64,000 nucleotides of DNA, taken from Armatimonadota bacterium. GTDB lineage: Bacteria; Armatimonadota; SYMT01. The stretch spans positions 275,261-339,260 of the forward strand of contig JAWLHY010000005.1 in NCBI GenBank assembly GCA_041690135.1, given 5' to 3'. Positions 26,738 through 36,155 of this stretch are shown in pieces; positions within the stretch are counted from its first letter, which is position 1, and each line of letters opens with the position of its first letter. The notes under the pieces are model-generated. The model was given only the letters and a program-made list of their open reading frames with translations. It made no database searches and was not told where the DNA came from. A program made the position numbers and the translations under genes.

Positions 26738-27052
26738 TCAGCTAAGCACCACGCACGCCACGATGACGCAGGTGCCGAGAATCACCGCTCCCGCAAGGAT
26801 TGCGGCGGAGAGGTTGTTCTTCTCGCAGATTTCCTTTTCCAGGTCGAACTTGATCGCCATGTCAAACAGCTTGAAGCCGACGATGGCGACGAGCACGCCC
26901 ACCAGGCTGAAGACGATGGTGGAAAGCACCGCCTCCCACAGCGTGGCCGGCCGATAACCGGCGTTTGCCGGGACGCCTTCTCCCTGCGCCATCGCCGCGG
27001 TGGCGATCAGCGAGAGCCCCAGTGTCCCCAAATGAGTGATAGCTTTTCTCAC
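26738..27052 (-). CDS. DUF350 family membrane protein
   Basis: FKLFD...LEKEICEKNNLSAAILAGAVILG; directly upstream of speE. Confidence 0.85.
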   Translation of the reverse strand: MRKAITHLGTLGLSLIATAAMAQGEGVPANAGYRPATLWEAVLSTIVFSLVGVLVAIVGFKLFDMAIKFDLEKEICEKNNLSAAILAGAVILGTCVIVACVVLS

Positions 27053-27245
27053 ACTTCAATCCCCCGTTGAGGATAAGGACTGGGATGATAAGGATAAAGA
27101 TAGGGAATGGGGGTTCCAGATCAACATCGCATTGATCCGATCCCCTCCCTTTCCGCAATGACCAGGGGCGCTACGCGGAATAACGAGCGCTGTCGCTGGA
27201 AACGAGGATCCTTATCTTTATCGTTATCCTTATCCTTATCTGTTT

Positions 27246-27425
27246 CTATTTACCGAATCCCGGTCCGCCTCCGTAGTAACTGCGGCCTCGCAGGCTGCCC
27301 TGTCGAACGCTTTGCGCCCGGATGGAAGCATCGTCGGAAAGGCCCCATCCCCAATAGGAGGCGGCAAAACTCACCATCCCCAGGATGACGACCAGTACAG
27401 ATGCTATGCGGTAGCCTGGATGCAC
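27246..27425 (-). CDS. 59-aa membrane microprotein with Gly-rich GGGPGFGK tail (not in ORF track)
   Basis: AAGGAGAG RBS, GTG start; MHPGYRIASVLVVILGMVSFAASYWGWGLSDDASIRAQSVRQGSLRGRSYYGGGPGFGK. Confidence 0.8.
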   Translation of the reverse strand: MHPGYRIASVLVVILGMVSFAASYWGWGLSDDASIRAQSVRQGSLRGRSYYGGGPGFGK

Positions 27426-27435
27426 GCTCTCTCCT

Positions 27436-28686
27436 TCAATCGTCCGAACGGGCGCTCTCTTTGATTGACTGCACCGTGGAAGGCGAGCCGGCGAGCAGGA
27501 ACCCGAACCCCAGGATCAAGGCGGAGAACCCAAATACGCCCAGGTAGGTCGGATATAGCGCCTCTTGCTTCAACTCGAAGCGGGCCGTGCCGGTACTGCC
27601 GAGGATGCCATCGCGTTCGGCATACATGCGGACGTAGTAGTTGCCCGGCTTCTTCAGCACGAAGTACGTGGATCCGTGCAGGTCGGACTCGTGCCAGTAG
27701 CCGTCCGAATCGTGGCCGGATTCGTCCCACATATCCCGCTGCGCGGCGAACAACTCCTGCTGATTTTCATCCTCGAGAATGGCCTGGACCCAAAAGGAGG
27801 TCTCCCGCATCGAGCCGTGAATCTCCAGGCGGTGGACCCGGTCGACCGCCTTTAGCGGGATGGGGCCGAAGCGCACTCCTTCCGTTCCCACCTCGCTAAG
27901 GTTGACCGAACCAGCGGCGTTCGGCGCCCGGTGGCCGCTGGCGAAGGAGAACGCCCAGACAACGAGCATGAGGATGGAGGCCGCCAGGCAGATTCCGCCG
28001 AAGCGCCGTCGGCTGGCAAGCACCCGCTCCCGTGAGTCGAGGTTCCGCAACTGGTCGCGGAGGTCGAACATGGTGTAGACCATCCGCTGATCGAGAAACC
28101 GGCCCCGATAGTACTCGACCGAGTCTGCGGTCCACTCAATGCTGTAAAACTGGTTCAGGTGGGCGGCATCGAGATAGCCGACTTCCCGATTCGGCACCAC
28201 GACAAAAGGGAACTCGCCCTCAGCATGGGCGACATGGTACTGCCCCTTCGCGGAGACCATGGCCCCCTTCTTTCCGAGGGGGATCAGGGAACCTTCACTG
28301 AAGTGACGAAGCTGGTCCGGTCCTAGTGGCGTATCCGGGGTGAACGGGCGGGAGCTCTTCCACTTGCCCTCGTCGAATTCCAGATACAGCAGGTCGCCGT
28401 CGGGCGCGATCAGCACGAATTCTTCCCAGAGATAAACTCCGTCGGAATCGACCTGGCGCATCACCTGCCGGCCGGTCAGCTCGTATTCGCGGCCCTCAAA
28501 CTTCGCCTTCATTCCCAGCTTCAGGGGTGTCCGGTTCGGGTACTTACGTGCGCTCTGCTGCTCTTGCAGCACGGCGTGGGACAGGCGGACGGGTTGGCCG
28601 CAGTGGATGCACTGCGCCTCCTGTTGGCCGTGCTCCAGCCGCGCACGGCCGCCGCACTTGGGGCAGTTGAGCGAGCGAACCCTCAC
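27436..28686 (-). CDS. DUF4178 domain protein with N-terminal Zn ribbon and C-terminal TM helices
   Basis: CPKCG..CIHCG, PLKLGM, WEEF, AEGEFP; two TM helices. Confidence 0.8.
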   Translation of the reverse strand: MRVRSLNCPKCGGRARLEHGQQEAQCIHCGQPVRLSHAVLQEQQSARKYPNRTPLKLGMKAKFEGREYELTGRQVMRQVDSDGVYLWEEFVLIAPDGDLLYLEFDEGKWKSSRPFTPDTPLGPDQLRHFSEGSLIPLGKKGAMVSAKGQYHVAHAEGEFPFVVVPNREVGYLDAAHLNQFYSIEWTADSVEYYRGRFLDQRMVYTMFDLRDQLRNLDSRERVLASRRRFGGICLAASILMLVVWAFSFASGHRAPNAAGSVNLSEVGTEGVRFGPIPLKAVDRVHRLEIHGSMRETSFWVQAILEDENQQELFAAQRDMWDESGHDSDGYWHESDLHGSTYFVLKKPGNYYVRMYAERDGILGSTGTARFELKQEALYPTYLGVFGFSALILGFGFLLAGSPSTVQSIKESARSDD

Positions 28687-29303
28687 CGCTTATTCTCCAA
28701 CTCGATCTCATGCCGCTCGATCGGGTCCCCGACCCCGAACTCGATGCCGTCGTCCGTGTATTCCAGGAAGGCGATGCGACCGCCCACGTTCCCCTCCACG
28801 AAGTTCACGGGCTTTCCGGGTGCGGCGCGGAAGAAGAGCTGCCCTTCCGCCCCGGCGATCTGTGCCCGGCACCGCTCGGTGACGAAGAAGGCGAGCCCGT
28901 TCACGTCGAACCGGCTGCCGACACGTGCCTGATCGAACGAAGGCGCCGGGGTCCGCAGGCGCTCGACCCGGGACAGGATGATCTCTCCCTCGTCCTCCTC
29001 CAGCCAGCCGGCGCTGCCGTCGTCGAAGGAGAGGTACCACTCGTCCCACACGCCTTCGTCGTAGCGGTAGCGGATCCGGCCGAGCACCCGGAACGCGCGC
29101 CCGCGCAACTTACCGCTCTGGCCGATGGCAAACATGGTCGGCAGCGGTACCAGCTTGGCGAATTTGCCGGCCGGGTTCAATCCCTCGTCCGTGATCTCGA
29201 CGCTGTTCCCACAGTAGGGGCAGGCGACCATCCGAACGAAGCGGTGTTCGACGGGTAAGGGAGCACCGCAGGCAGGACAGTTCAGGGTGGTTGCATCGGC
29301 CAT
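28683..29303 (-). CDS. DUF4178 domain protein with Zn ribbon
   Basis: CPACGA..CPYCG, GRIRYRYDEGVWDEWY, GWLEEDEG, GAEGQL. Confidence 0.85.
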   Translation of the reverse strand: MADATTLNCPACGAPLPVEHRFVRMVACPYCGNSVEITDEGLNPAGKFAKLVPLPTMFAIGQSGKLRGRAFRVLGRIRYRYDEGVWDEWYLSFDDGSAGWLEEDEGEIILSRVERLRTPAPSFDQARVGSRFDVNGLAFFVTERCRAQIAGAEGQLFFRAAPGKPVNFVEGNVGGRIAFLEYTDDGIEFGVGDPIERHEIELENKR

Positions 29304-29310
29304 CGGGTCG

Positions 29311-29802
29311 TTAGCCTCTCTCGTCGCTGTGCGTATCACCGGGCGCACGCGGCTGCTGGGGAATAACGCCGCGAGGTTGCGCAGTGAGCTCCACCCGTTC
29401 CGGGCGGAAGGCGTTCCGCAGCACCGGCAGCACCGCGTGTGGATCGCAGGCGCCGCACACGAACACATCGATGGCCGCGTAGCCATGCTCGGGCCAGGAA
29501 TGGATGCTGATGTGCGACTCCGCCAGCAGTGCCACGCCGGTGATCCCCTGCCCCGGCCCGAAACCGTGGAGTTGCACGTCCAGCAGCGTGGCTCCGCAGG
29601 CCCCCGCCGCCTCCACCAGGGTGGCGCGGATGACCTCTATATCGGCCAGGTTATCCGCTTCCCACAGGTCGATCAGCAGGTGGATACCGGCGGGGCGGTA
29701 GGTCTCGGCGCGGGCAGCGACGATATCACCTTTTGCATTGGCGGGGTAGCTCATCACGTTAGCATTCACCGGCTCAGCGAACAAGGCCTCCCCCATCCGC
29801 AT
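29311..29802 (-). CDS. speD: S-adenosylmethionine decarboxylase proenzyme
   Basis: GIHLLIDL, LLAESHISIHSWPE (pyruvoyl E-S cleavage site), AAIDVFVCG; start uncertain. Confidence 0.92.
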   Translation of the reverse strand: MRMGEALFAEPVNANVMSYPANAKGDIVAARAETYRPAGIHLLIDLWEADNLADIEVIRATLVEAAGACGATLLDVQLHGFGPGQGITGVALLAESHISIHSWPEHGYAAIDVFVCGACDPHAVLPVLRNAFRPERVELTAQPRGVIPQQPRAPGDTHSDERG

Positions 29803-30108
29803 GCCGGTCCGGTTTATCTAACGCGTACAGACGGGATTGGATACGGTGAAGGGAAGACAGCCGGAGCAAGAACCGGGCGCCCACCGAACTTCCGGTTGGG
29901 TGGCTCGCCCGCTGTCTCGCGCTACCGGGTGACAGGCCTGCTCGCTGGCGGCAGTGGGTACGAATGTCCACACCAGGTTCCGTCTTCGAGATCGCAAGGC
30001 GCCGCTGCAAGCGGCGAGTCCACACTGAGACCCAGGACGGTGCTCGCGTTGCCTGGACCGCAATCCTACCGCCCTCTTCACATTCCTCTGTGTGATCTAC
30101 TCCGTGTC

Positions 30109-31101
30109 TCAGTGTCTCCGTGGTGAAGAGCCAGCAGCGAAGCGCTTCCATTCCCGTTCGAGGGCGGTGGGGTCGCCTGGGCCGTTGTGCACGACGATCC
30201 GGTAGCGGAAGACCGTTTCCTTCTCGGCCGGCAGGGAGAAGCTGCTGGCCTGGGAGGGGCAGTAAATGTAGTAAGGCAGGTCCGGCGGCACGCGCAGCCG
30301 GTTGGGGGACCGGGGAGTCGACGGGTGCTCCAGGAGCGCGACCCCGACGGTGCGACCGTCCACCTCGCCGGACATGTCCACCCAGCGCCCGGACGTGAAG
30401 TTGGCCCCGAAACCACTCTTCCCTTCGGAGGTGATCACCCGGAAGCCGTTGCGGTTCTTGATCCAACCACGAGCGCCGCGGATACACATCCCGCCGTAGC
30501 GATACTCGGGAAGCTCCAGCGTAACGCGCGGAGTCTGGCGGGAGGTGAAGTCGAGAACGTAGGCGGCGCCGGCCTCCTGGGGATTGCCGAACGTGGGCGG
30601 GTGCAGGACGACTTCCCAGGTTTCGTCCAGCATCGGCTCCCACTGACCCGCACGGCTGGCTTCCCATACGTGGGTCGCCTGGAACCGGAGCGGCTCGTTG
30701 TCGCGAGACTTCCCTTCGATCTTCGCGGAGCGAATCCGGCCGGTCCCACTGCCGAGATTCCAGAAATCCGGATGGAGCTCGCCGTCACCGGAGCCCACGG
30801 ATGTCTTGGTCCAGGCAAAGAAGACGCCGCGCTGGTGCAGGTGATCCGCGGGGAAGTCGTCCGTCACCGTGGCGCCGCATGGTGCATGAAGCGGATGGAT
30901 GTACGCGCCGCGCTTGAAAAGCGGCGCCGTTCCTGCGGGGCCGGAGACCGGAACGTGGATGTATTCCAGCACCGGGCGCTCGCCGTCCCGCACGTGCAGG
31001 ATTCCGTCCTTCAAGTCCACATTGAGCCGGGGTTTCAAGGGAGCGGCTTCCGCCGCGGCGGCCGTCAGCATCACGCCTGCCAGAAACTCTCTGCGATCCA
31101 T
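30109..31101 (-). CDS. PmoA-family (DUF6807) exported protein
   Basis: Tat-like DRREFL; YIHPL, VTDDFPADHLHQRGVFFAW, YGG, WVDMSG. Confidence 0.8.
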   Translation of the reverse strand: MDRREFLAGVMLTAAAAEAAPLKPRLNVDLKDGILHVRDGERPVLEYIHVPVSGPAGTAPLFKRGAYIHPLHAPCGATVTDDFPADHLHQRGVFFAWTKTSVGSGDGELHPDFWNLGSGTGRIRSAKIEGKSRDNEPLRFQATHVWEASRAGQWEPMLDETWEVVLHPPTFGNPQEAGAAYVLDFTSRQTPRVTLELPEYRYGGMCIRGARGWIKNRNGFRVITSEGKSGFGANFTSGRWVDMSGEVDGRTVGVALLEHPSTPRSPNRLRVPPDLPYYIYCPSQASSFSLPAEKETVFRYRIVVHNGPGDPTALEREWKRFAAGSSPRRH

Positions 31102-31105
31102 GGAC

Positions 31106-32044
31106 CTAACCTCCACCTCGAGATGGGTCTGCTCTCCGGCCGGTGACCAGCACGGACGGGAAGGGATACAGGCGTCCGCCGCTCAGCGCAAAGGCGGAAG
31201 ACCCAGCCCCGCGAACCAGCGCTTTCAAAGCGGTGGACGCAAGACGTGGTCCCAGGGTTCCATAGCGGTCGCCCGGCGTGGGGATGCCGGGAAAGAGGGC
31301 TGTTTCCGCAAGGCCGGCCTGGTTCAGTAGAGACTGCCAGCCGCGCGGCCCCCAGCCCCACCGGTGAATAACGCTGAGGTCGGGAATGCCTGCGCGGACG
31401 AGGAGCCCCCGCCCTCGGGCGTACGTGGTTTTCAAGGGAGCGTGGACGGCGGCGTTCCTTCCGCGCACCACCAGCACACCGCCGGGAGCCAGCGCCCGGC
31501 TCGCCAGATCCAGGGCGCCGCGCGGATCGTCCAGGTGGTCCAGCACGTCCCAGAAGGTGATAACGTCCCAGGGCCCCTCGGGCAGCCCCAGGTCGAAGAG
31601 GGAACCCTGGGTGACCTCCAGACCGCGCCGGCGGCAGATTGCCACGCCCGCGGGGTCGAGCTCCAGGCCGTGAACGCGCGCCCCGCCGGCTTTCGCGGCG
31701 GCCAGGAACCCGCCTTTTCCACACCCGATATCGAGTACGGCCAGCCCGTTACCGCTGGCCTTTCCGAGCAGGTGTCGGGATACCCAACTCCACTGGCTTA
31801 CGGATACCGGGTCTTCATCGCGAACCACGGTGGAAGCACAGTGGTCGTACTGGGCCTCCTCTTCCTGTCGCGAGCTAGAGCGATCGTTCAGGTAGGATCC
31901 GCAGCCCCGGCAAGTGCGGAGGCGCGTTCCGCGAAGATGCTCGGACCACTCCGACTTACGGCAGAGAGGGCAGGCCGGCAGGCTTGCAGCAGCCGATCCG
32001 AAGGAAGATGCATCACCTGGATTAGGCACGGCCTGGGACATCAC
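31106..32044 (-). CDS. Class I SAM-dependent methyltransferase
   Basis: N-terminal CPLC/CRGC, VLDIGCGKG, DVITFWDVLDH, LAPGG. Confidence 0.88.
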   Translation of the reverse strand: MMSQAVPNPGDASSFGSAAASLPACPLCRKSEWSEHLRGTRLRTCRGCGSYLNDRSSSRQEEEAQYDHCASTVVRDEDPVSVSQWSWVSRHLLGKASGNGLAVLDIGCGKGGFLAAAKAGGARVHGLELDPAGVAICRRRGLEVTQGSLFDLGLPEGPWDVITFWDVLDHLDDPRGALDLASRALAPGGVLVVRGRNAAVHAPLKTTYARGRGLLVRAGIPDLSVIHRWGWGPRGWQSLLNQAGLAETALFPGIPTPGDRYGTLGPRLASTALKALVRGAGSSAFALSGGRLYPFPSVLVTGRRADPSRGGG

Positions 32045-32166
32045 CTGGGGCTATCCTCCGACGACGGAATCATACGAAGAATGGGAGAAGGGGAGATGAG
32101 CTGAAAAGCATCTCCCCTTCTCCCATTCTTGTAACGGTGCGCTCGAAAGAGCAGCCGGAGTGCCGG

Positions 32167-33540
32167 TTAATCCGGCAGCGGCTTGCCCTTGGTTTCCGGT
32201 CCCATCGCGGTCCCGATGAAGCCCAGCACGTAGATGAACGTCACACAGGTTGCGGCCATGGGGAACCCGCCTGCCTTGGCGCCTTGCGAGGCGAAGTGTG
32301 CCGCCAGGCCGCCGAGTGCGGAAGGAGCGATCGCCGCGAGGATGCGGGCCGCGTTGTAGCAGAAACCACATCCGGTGGTGCGGAGCCGGGTCGGGAACAG
32401 TTCCGGGAAGTAGATGGTGAACCCGGAGAGCGGCCCCAGGGTGCAGAAGCCCATCAACGGCGCCAGCACGAGGGCGCGCTGCATCGCCGCCTCGCCCGAT
32501 CCGCCGACCCCCCAGAAGAAAATCAACACGGAAGCCCAGGCCGCGGCGAACCAGATGAACAGGGCGGTGCGGCGGTTGGACCGTTCGGCGTGCATCGCGA
32601 AGAGATACATGCCGAAGAACGCCCCCAGGTTCTGGAGCAAGAACATCGTGCTGACTTGCTTACCGATGACCTTGTTGTCGAGGCCGAGGGTCAGCAGTTC
32701 GGCGCGCACGAGGTCCGTGCTGAAAAAGCCCACACCCCAGAGCGCACCAACACCGGCCGTCGCCATCAGCATCGCGGCGATCGTGTTCCGGCGCAGCGTG
32801 GCGTGCGTGAACAGCTCCGTGATGTTCCCCAGTTCCTGGCCGACCGACTTGGCCTCGTGCCACTGCTCGGGCTCCCGGACGGAGCGGCGGATCCACAGCA
32901 CGAGCAGCGCGGGTACCGCGCCGACGAAGTAAGCGATGCGCCAGTTGGCTTCGATGCCGCCTTCCTGCCCACTGATCACCAGCGTGATGACCGACGCCAT
33001 CATGTTTCCAACGGCGGAAAGCGCCTGGAGCAGGCCGAGCGCCATAGGCCTCGAGCGGTTAGGGAACACCTCCGCCACCAGCGCCGCGCCGGCCGCCCAT
33101 TCACCGCCCACGCCCACTGCGGTCATGAACCGCATCCCGGCGTACACCTCCCACGACTGTACGAACGGGGCGCCGGAGAGGCCGGTGAAGATCGCGTAGA
33201 TCAGGATGGTGAGGATCATCGTGCCGGTGCGGCCGATCTTGTCGCCCAGAACACCGAAGACGAACCCACCCACGGACCAACCGATGAGGAAGAGACTGGT
33301 GATCCAGCCGCCTTTCTCCTTGACGGCATCCGACAAGCTCGTGCCGGAGAGCTCCGGATACTGGTGCTGAAGCAGCTCCGCGAGGGAAGGAGCGCGGACC
33401 AGATTGTAGAGGTTCTGGTCCATGGTATCGAAGAGCCACCCGAGGGCGGCGATGATCAGTACCACCCAGCAGTAGCGATCGAGACCTTGATACCAGGCCA
33501 GCTTACGCTCATCGGGGGCAGTCGACGCAGCACTAGACAT
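32167..33540 (-). CDS. MFS transporter
   Basis: GWLFD, GDKIGR motif A, GVGGEW, FPELFPTRLR. Confidence 0.93.
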   Translation of the reverse strand: MSSAASTAPDERKLAWYQGLDRYCWVVLIIAALGWLFDTMDQNLYNLVRAPSLAELLQHQYPELSGTSLSDAVKEKGGWITSLFLIGWSVGGFVFGVLGDKIGRTGTMILTILIYAIFTGLSGAPFVQSWEVYAGMRFMTAVGVGGEWAAGAALVAEVFPNRSRPMALGLLQALSAVGNMMASVITLVISGQEGGIEANWRIAYFVGAVPALLVLWIRRSVREPEQWHEAKSVGQELGNITELFTHATLRRNTIAAMLMATAGVGALWGVGFFSTDLVRAELLTLGLDNKVIGKQVSTMFLLQNLGAFFGMYLFAMHAERSNRRTALFIWFAAAWASVLIFFWGVGGSGEAAMQRALVLAPLMGFCTLGPLSGFTIYFPELFPTRLRTTGCGFCYNAARILAAIAPSALGGLAAHFASQGAKAGGFPMAATCVTFIYVLGFIGTAMGPETKGKPLPD

Positions 33541-33684
33541 AATAGTTGGTCTTTAACTACTCGGTAAGGGTCACTAAAGAGGCGCGGAGGGGCGACCGAG
33601 GGTTGGGAGAGCAGACTGAGGCATCGGGCGACCCGATACGGGTCGCCCGATGTTCGTACTTGAGAGGATGGATCTAAGTGGTGG

Positions 33685-35004
33685 TTAAACCTTCCACATA
33701 TCCTCGGTGATCTTGACGCGCTTGCCTTCGGCCATCGCCTTGTTGGCGGCGATGACGCAGGCCACGTCCACCAGGCCGACGCGACCGTCGCAGAACGGCT
33801 TGCGGTTCGTGCGGATGCAGTCGATCCAGTCTTCCAGGGAGAGGTACCAGTTGTTCTTGCTCTGCGGCGCGCCGCCGGAAGCAAGGGACTGGCCCGCCGT
33901 CTTGGCGCGCTTGTCCTGGTTGGTGGTCGCGGTGGCGTCGAGCTTGATGGCGCTCTTGTTGCCGACCTTGGTCTTGTTCTCGGAGAACTTCTCGAACTCG
34001 AACTCTTCGGTGCCCCGCTCGCGGAACATCATGTTCATGCCCGGGGACTCGCTGACGACCAGGGTGCCCTTGCGGCCCATGAACTGCTCGGCGAAGCCGT
34101 CGAACTCGTTCATCTCGATCGACTGGTAGCAGAGCTTGGCGCCGTTCGGGTACTCGAAGATGACCTGGACGTTGTCGTAAACTTCGCGTCCGTCCTTCCA
34201 GTAGTCCACGCCGCCCATGCCGACGACGGCGGAGGGATACTGCCCGAGGAACCAATTGGTAACGTCGATCTGGTGGCTACCGAGCTCGGCCATCAGGCCG
34301 CGGGAGTACTCGTTGTAGAGCCGCCAATTGAGCAGGTGCTCGAGCTTGGGATCCGGCACCGGGCGGCGCCAGTTGTTGCGGCGGTTCCACTGCGCCCGCA
34401 CGTGGGTGATCTCGCCGAAGTAGCCCTTCTTCACCAGGTCCAGCGCGTGGTGGTAGTCCACGCTGTAGCGGCGCTGGTGGCCGACCTGGAGGATGCGGTT
34501 GCCCTTATCGGCCGCCTTGATCATCTTTTTGGCGTCTTCGACCGTGTACGCCATCATCTTCTCGACGTACACGTGCTTGCCGGCGTTCAGGGCGTCGATG
34601 GCCATCGGCGCGTGGAGATACAGGGGGGTGGCGATGCCCACACCCTGGATGTCCTTGCGCTCCAGCATCTTGCGGTAATCTTTGTATCCCTCGCATCCCG
34701 CGCCGGCGATCTCCAGGCCCTTCTTGTAATTCGGCTCGTAGATGTCGGCGATGGCCACGATCTGCACGTTGCCCATCTTCATGAGCTGGCGCATATCGTT
34801 CTGGCCCTGGGTGCCGGTGCCGATCCAGGCGATCTTCACGGGGTCGGCGTTCTTGGCGCGCTCGACGGCCTGGGCCGCGGCCAGCTTGGGGTCCTGGGCA
34901 GCTTCGATCGCGCGGGCCACGGACATCGGCATTGCCACCGTGGCGGCCGCTGCCAGGGAGCCCTTCAGCATATCCCGGCGGGAGACGTTCTGTTCGTCAG
35001 TCAT
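33685..35004 (-). CDS. Tat-exported Gfo/Idh/MocA oxidoreductase
   Basis: SRRDMLK signal, WIGTG, HVYVEK, GLMAELGSHQID. Confidence 0.9.
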   Translation of the reverse strand: MTDEQNVSRRDMLKGSLAAAATVAMPMSVARAIEAAQDPKLAAAQAVERAKNADPVKIAWIGTGTQGQNDMRQLMKMGNVQIVAIADIYEPNYKKGLEIAGAGCEGYKDYRKMLERKDIQGVGIATPLYLHAPMAIDALNAGKHVYVEKMMAYTVEDAKKMIKAADKGNRILQVGHQRRYSVDYHHALDLVKKGYFGEITHVRAQWNRRNNWRRPVPDPKLEHLLNWRLYNEYSRGLMAELGSHQIDVTNWFLGQYPSAVVGMGGVDYWKDGREVYDNVQVIFEYPNGAKLCYQSIEMNEFDGFAEQFMGRKGTLVVSESPGMNMMFRERGTEEFEFEKFSENKTKVGNKSAIKLDATATTNQDKRAKTAGQSLASGGAPQSKNNWYLSLEDWIDCIRTNRKPFCDGRVGLVDVACVIAANKAMAEGKRVKITEDMWKV

Positions 35005-36037
35005 ACTCTAGTTGCTCCTCATCAGTGGCGCCGTCCGCGATCCGGACGTCGACCTCGCCGAACACCCGGACTTCAGGCCCGGACTGCGTTTCGGCATCCT
35101 TTTCCAACCCCGGGTCGGGCACGAGGATCGCTCCCACACCCGGGTACCTATCAACCAAAGACCGTGTTCCCTCCACCCCCAGGACGAAGGCCGCGGTCGA
35201 GAGCGCGTCCGTATCTGTTGCACTTTCCGCCGTTATGGCGGCGCTCCAGATTCCCTGTGCCGGCCAGCCGGTGCGCGGGTCCAGGATGTGACTGTACCGG
35301 CGCCCTTCGGCCTCAAAAAACTGTTCATAGTCGCCGGAAGTCGAGAGCGCTCGATCGCGCAGCCGCACCACTCCCAGCCGGACTTCCTCATTCCGCGGGT
35401 CCCGAATCCCGACTTCCCAGGCGTCCGCACCCGGAGGAGCGCCCAGGCCGTAGATCGTGCTGCCCCCACCGTGCAGCAGCGCCGCGCGGATCCCATACTC
35501 CCGAAGGACGCTCACCATCGCGTCGATGGCAAACCCCTTTCCAATCGCGCCCAGGTGGAGCTCCACCCCTTCCCGCTGGTAACGGACCGTCCGTTCTTCG
35601 GGATCCAGTTCCAGTAGCGCGCTGCCCACCCGTTCTCGCGCTTCGGCGATTGCCTCGGCGTCGGGCATCCCACCTTGCCCTCGGAAGAACCCCCAACACT
35701 TCACCAGCGGACCGGCCGTGGGGTCGAACGCTCCTTCAGTTATATCGCTCAGACGGACGGCTCTCTGCAGGAGCGCGAACAGTCCCGGCTCCAGGATCAC
35801 CGGACGATACTGGGCCCAAAGGTTCAGATCGCAGATGTCACTGTCCGGCCGATAATGACTGAGCTGCTCTTCCAGCCGCTCGACTTCGTCCAGGGCGTGG
35901 TGAGCCACATCGGCCAGGTAGTCCGGGTCTTCTCCGCAGAGAAGCACCTCGAACCGCGTACCCATAGACACCCGGGAGAGCTTGATGATGCAGGAATCCG
36001 AGCTTTCCGGTTCTGCTGCTGAAGAAGACCCATCCAT
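34997..36037 (-). CDS. apbE: FAD:protein FMN transferase
   Basis: MGTRF, GAFDPT, LGAIGKGFAID, STSGDYE, HILDPRTG, DALSTA; no signal peptide. Confidence 0.92.
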   Translation of the reverse strand: MDGSSSAAEPESSDSCIIKLSRVSMGTRFEVLLCGEDPDYLADVAHHALDEVERLEEQLSHYRPDSDICDLNLWAQYRPVILEPGLFALLQRAVRLSDITEGAFDPTAGPLVKCWGFFRGQGGMPDAEAIAEARERVGSALLELDPEERTVRYQREGVELHLGAIGKGFAIDAMVSVLREYGIRAALLHGGGSTIYGLGAPPGADAWEVGIRDPRNEEVRLGVVRLRDRALSTSGDYEQFFEAEGRRYSHILDPRTGWPAQGIWSAAITAESATDTDALSTAAFVLGVEGTRSLVDRYPGVGAILVPDPGLEKDAETQSGPEVRVFGEVDVRIADGATDEEQLEYD

Positions 36038-36155
36038 TCCTTCTTTTCTCTTCGGCACGGAGACTCCGGGTTCCTTCCGCGGCGGCGCGGTCGCCGGCTA
36101 CTTTCTCAATCTATTTGCGCCGTAATAATCGCAACCTGGTCGGATATGTGCGGTG

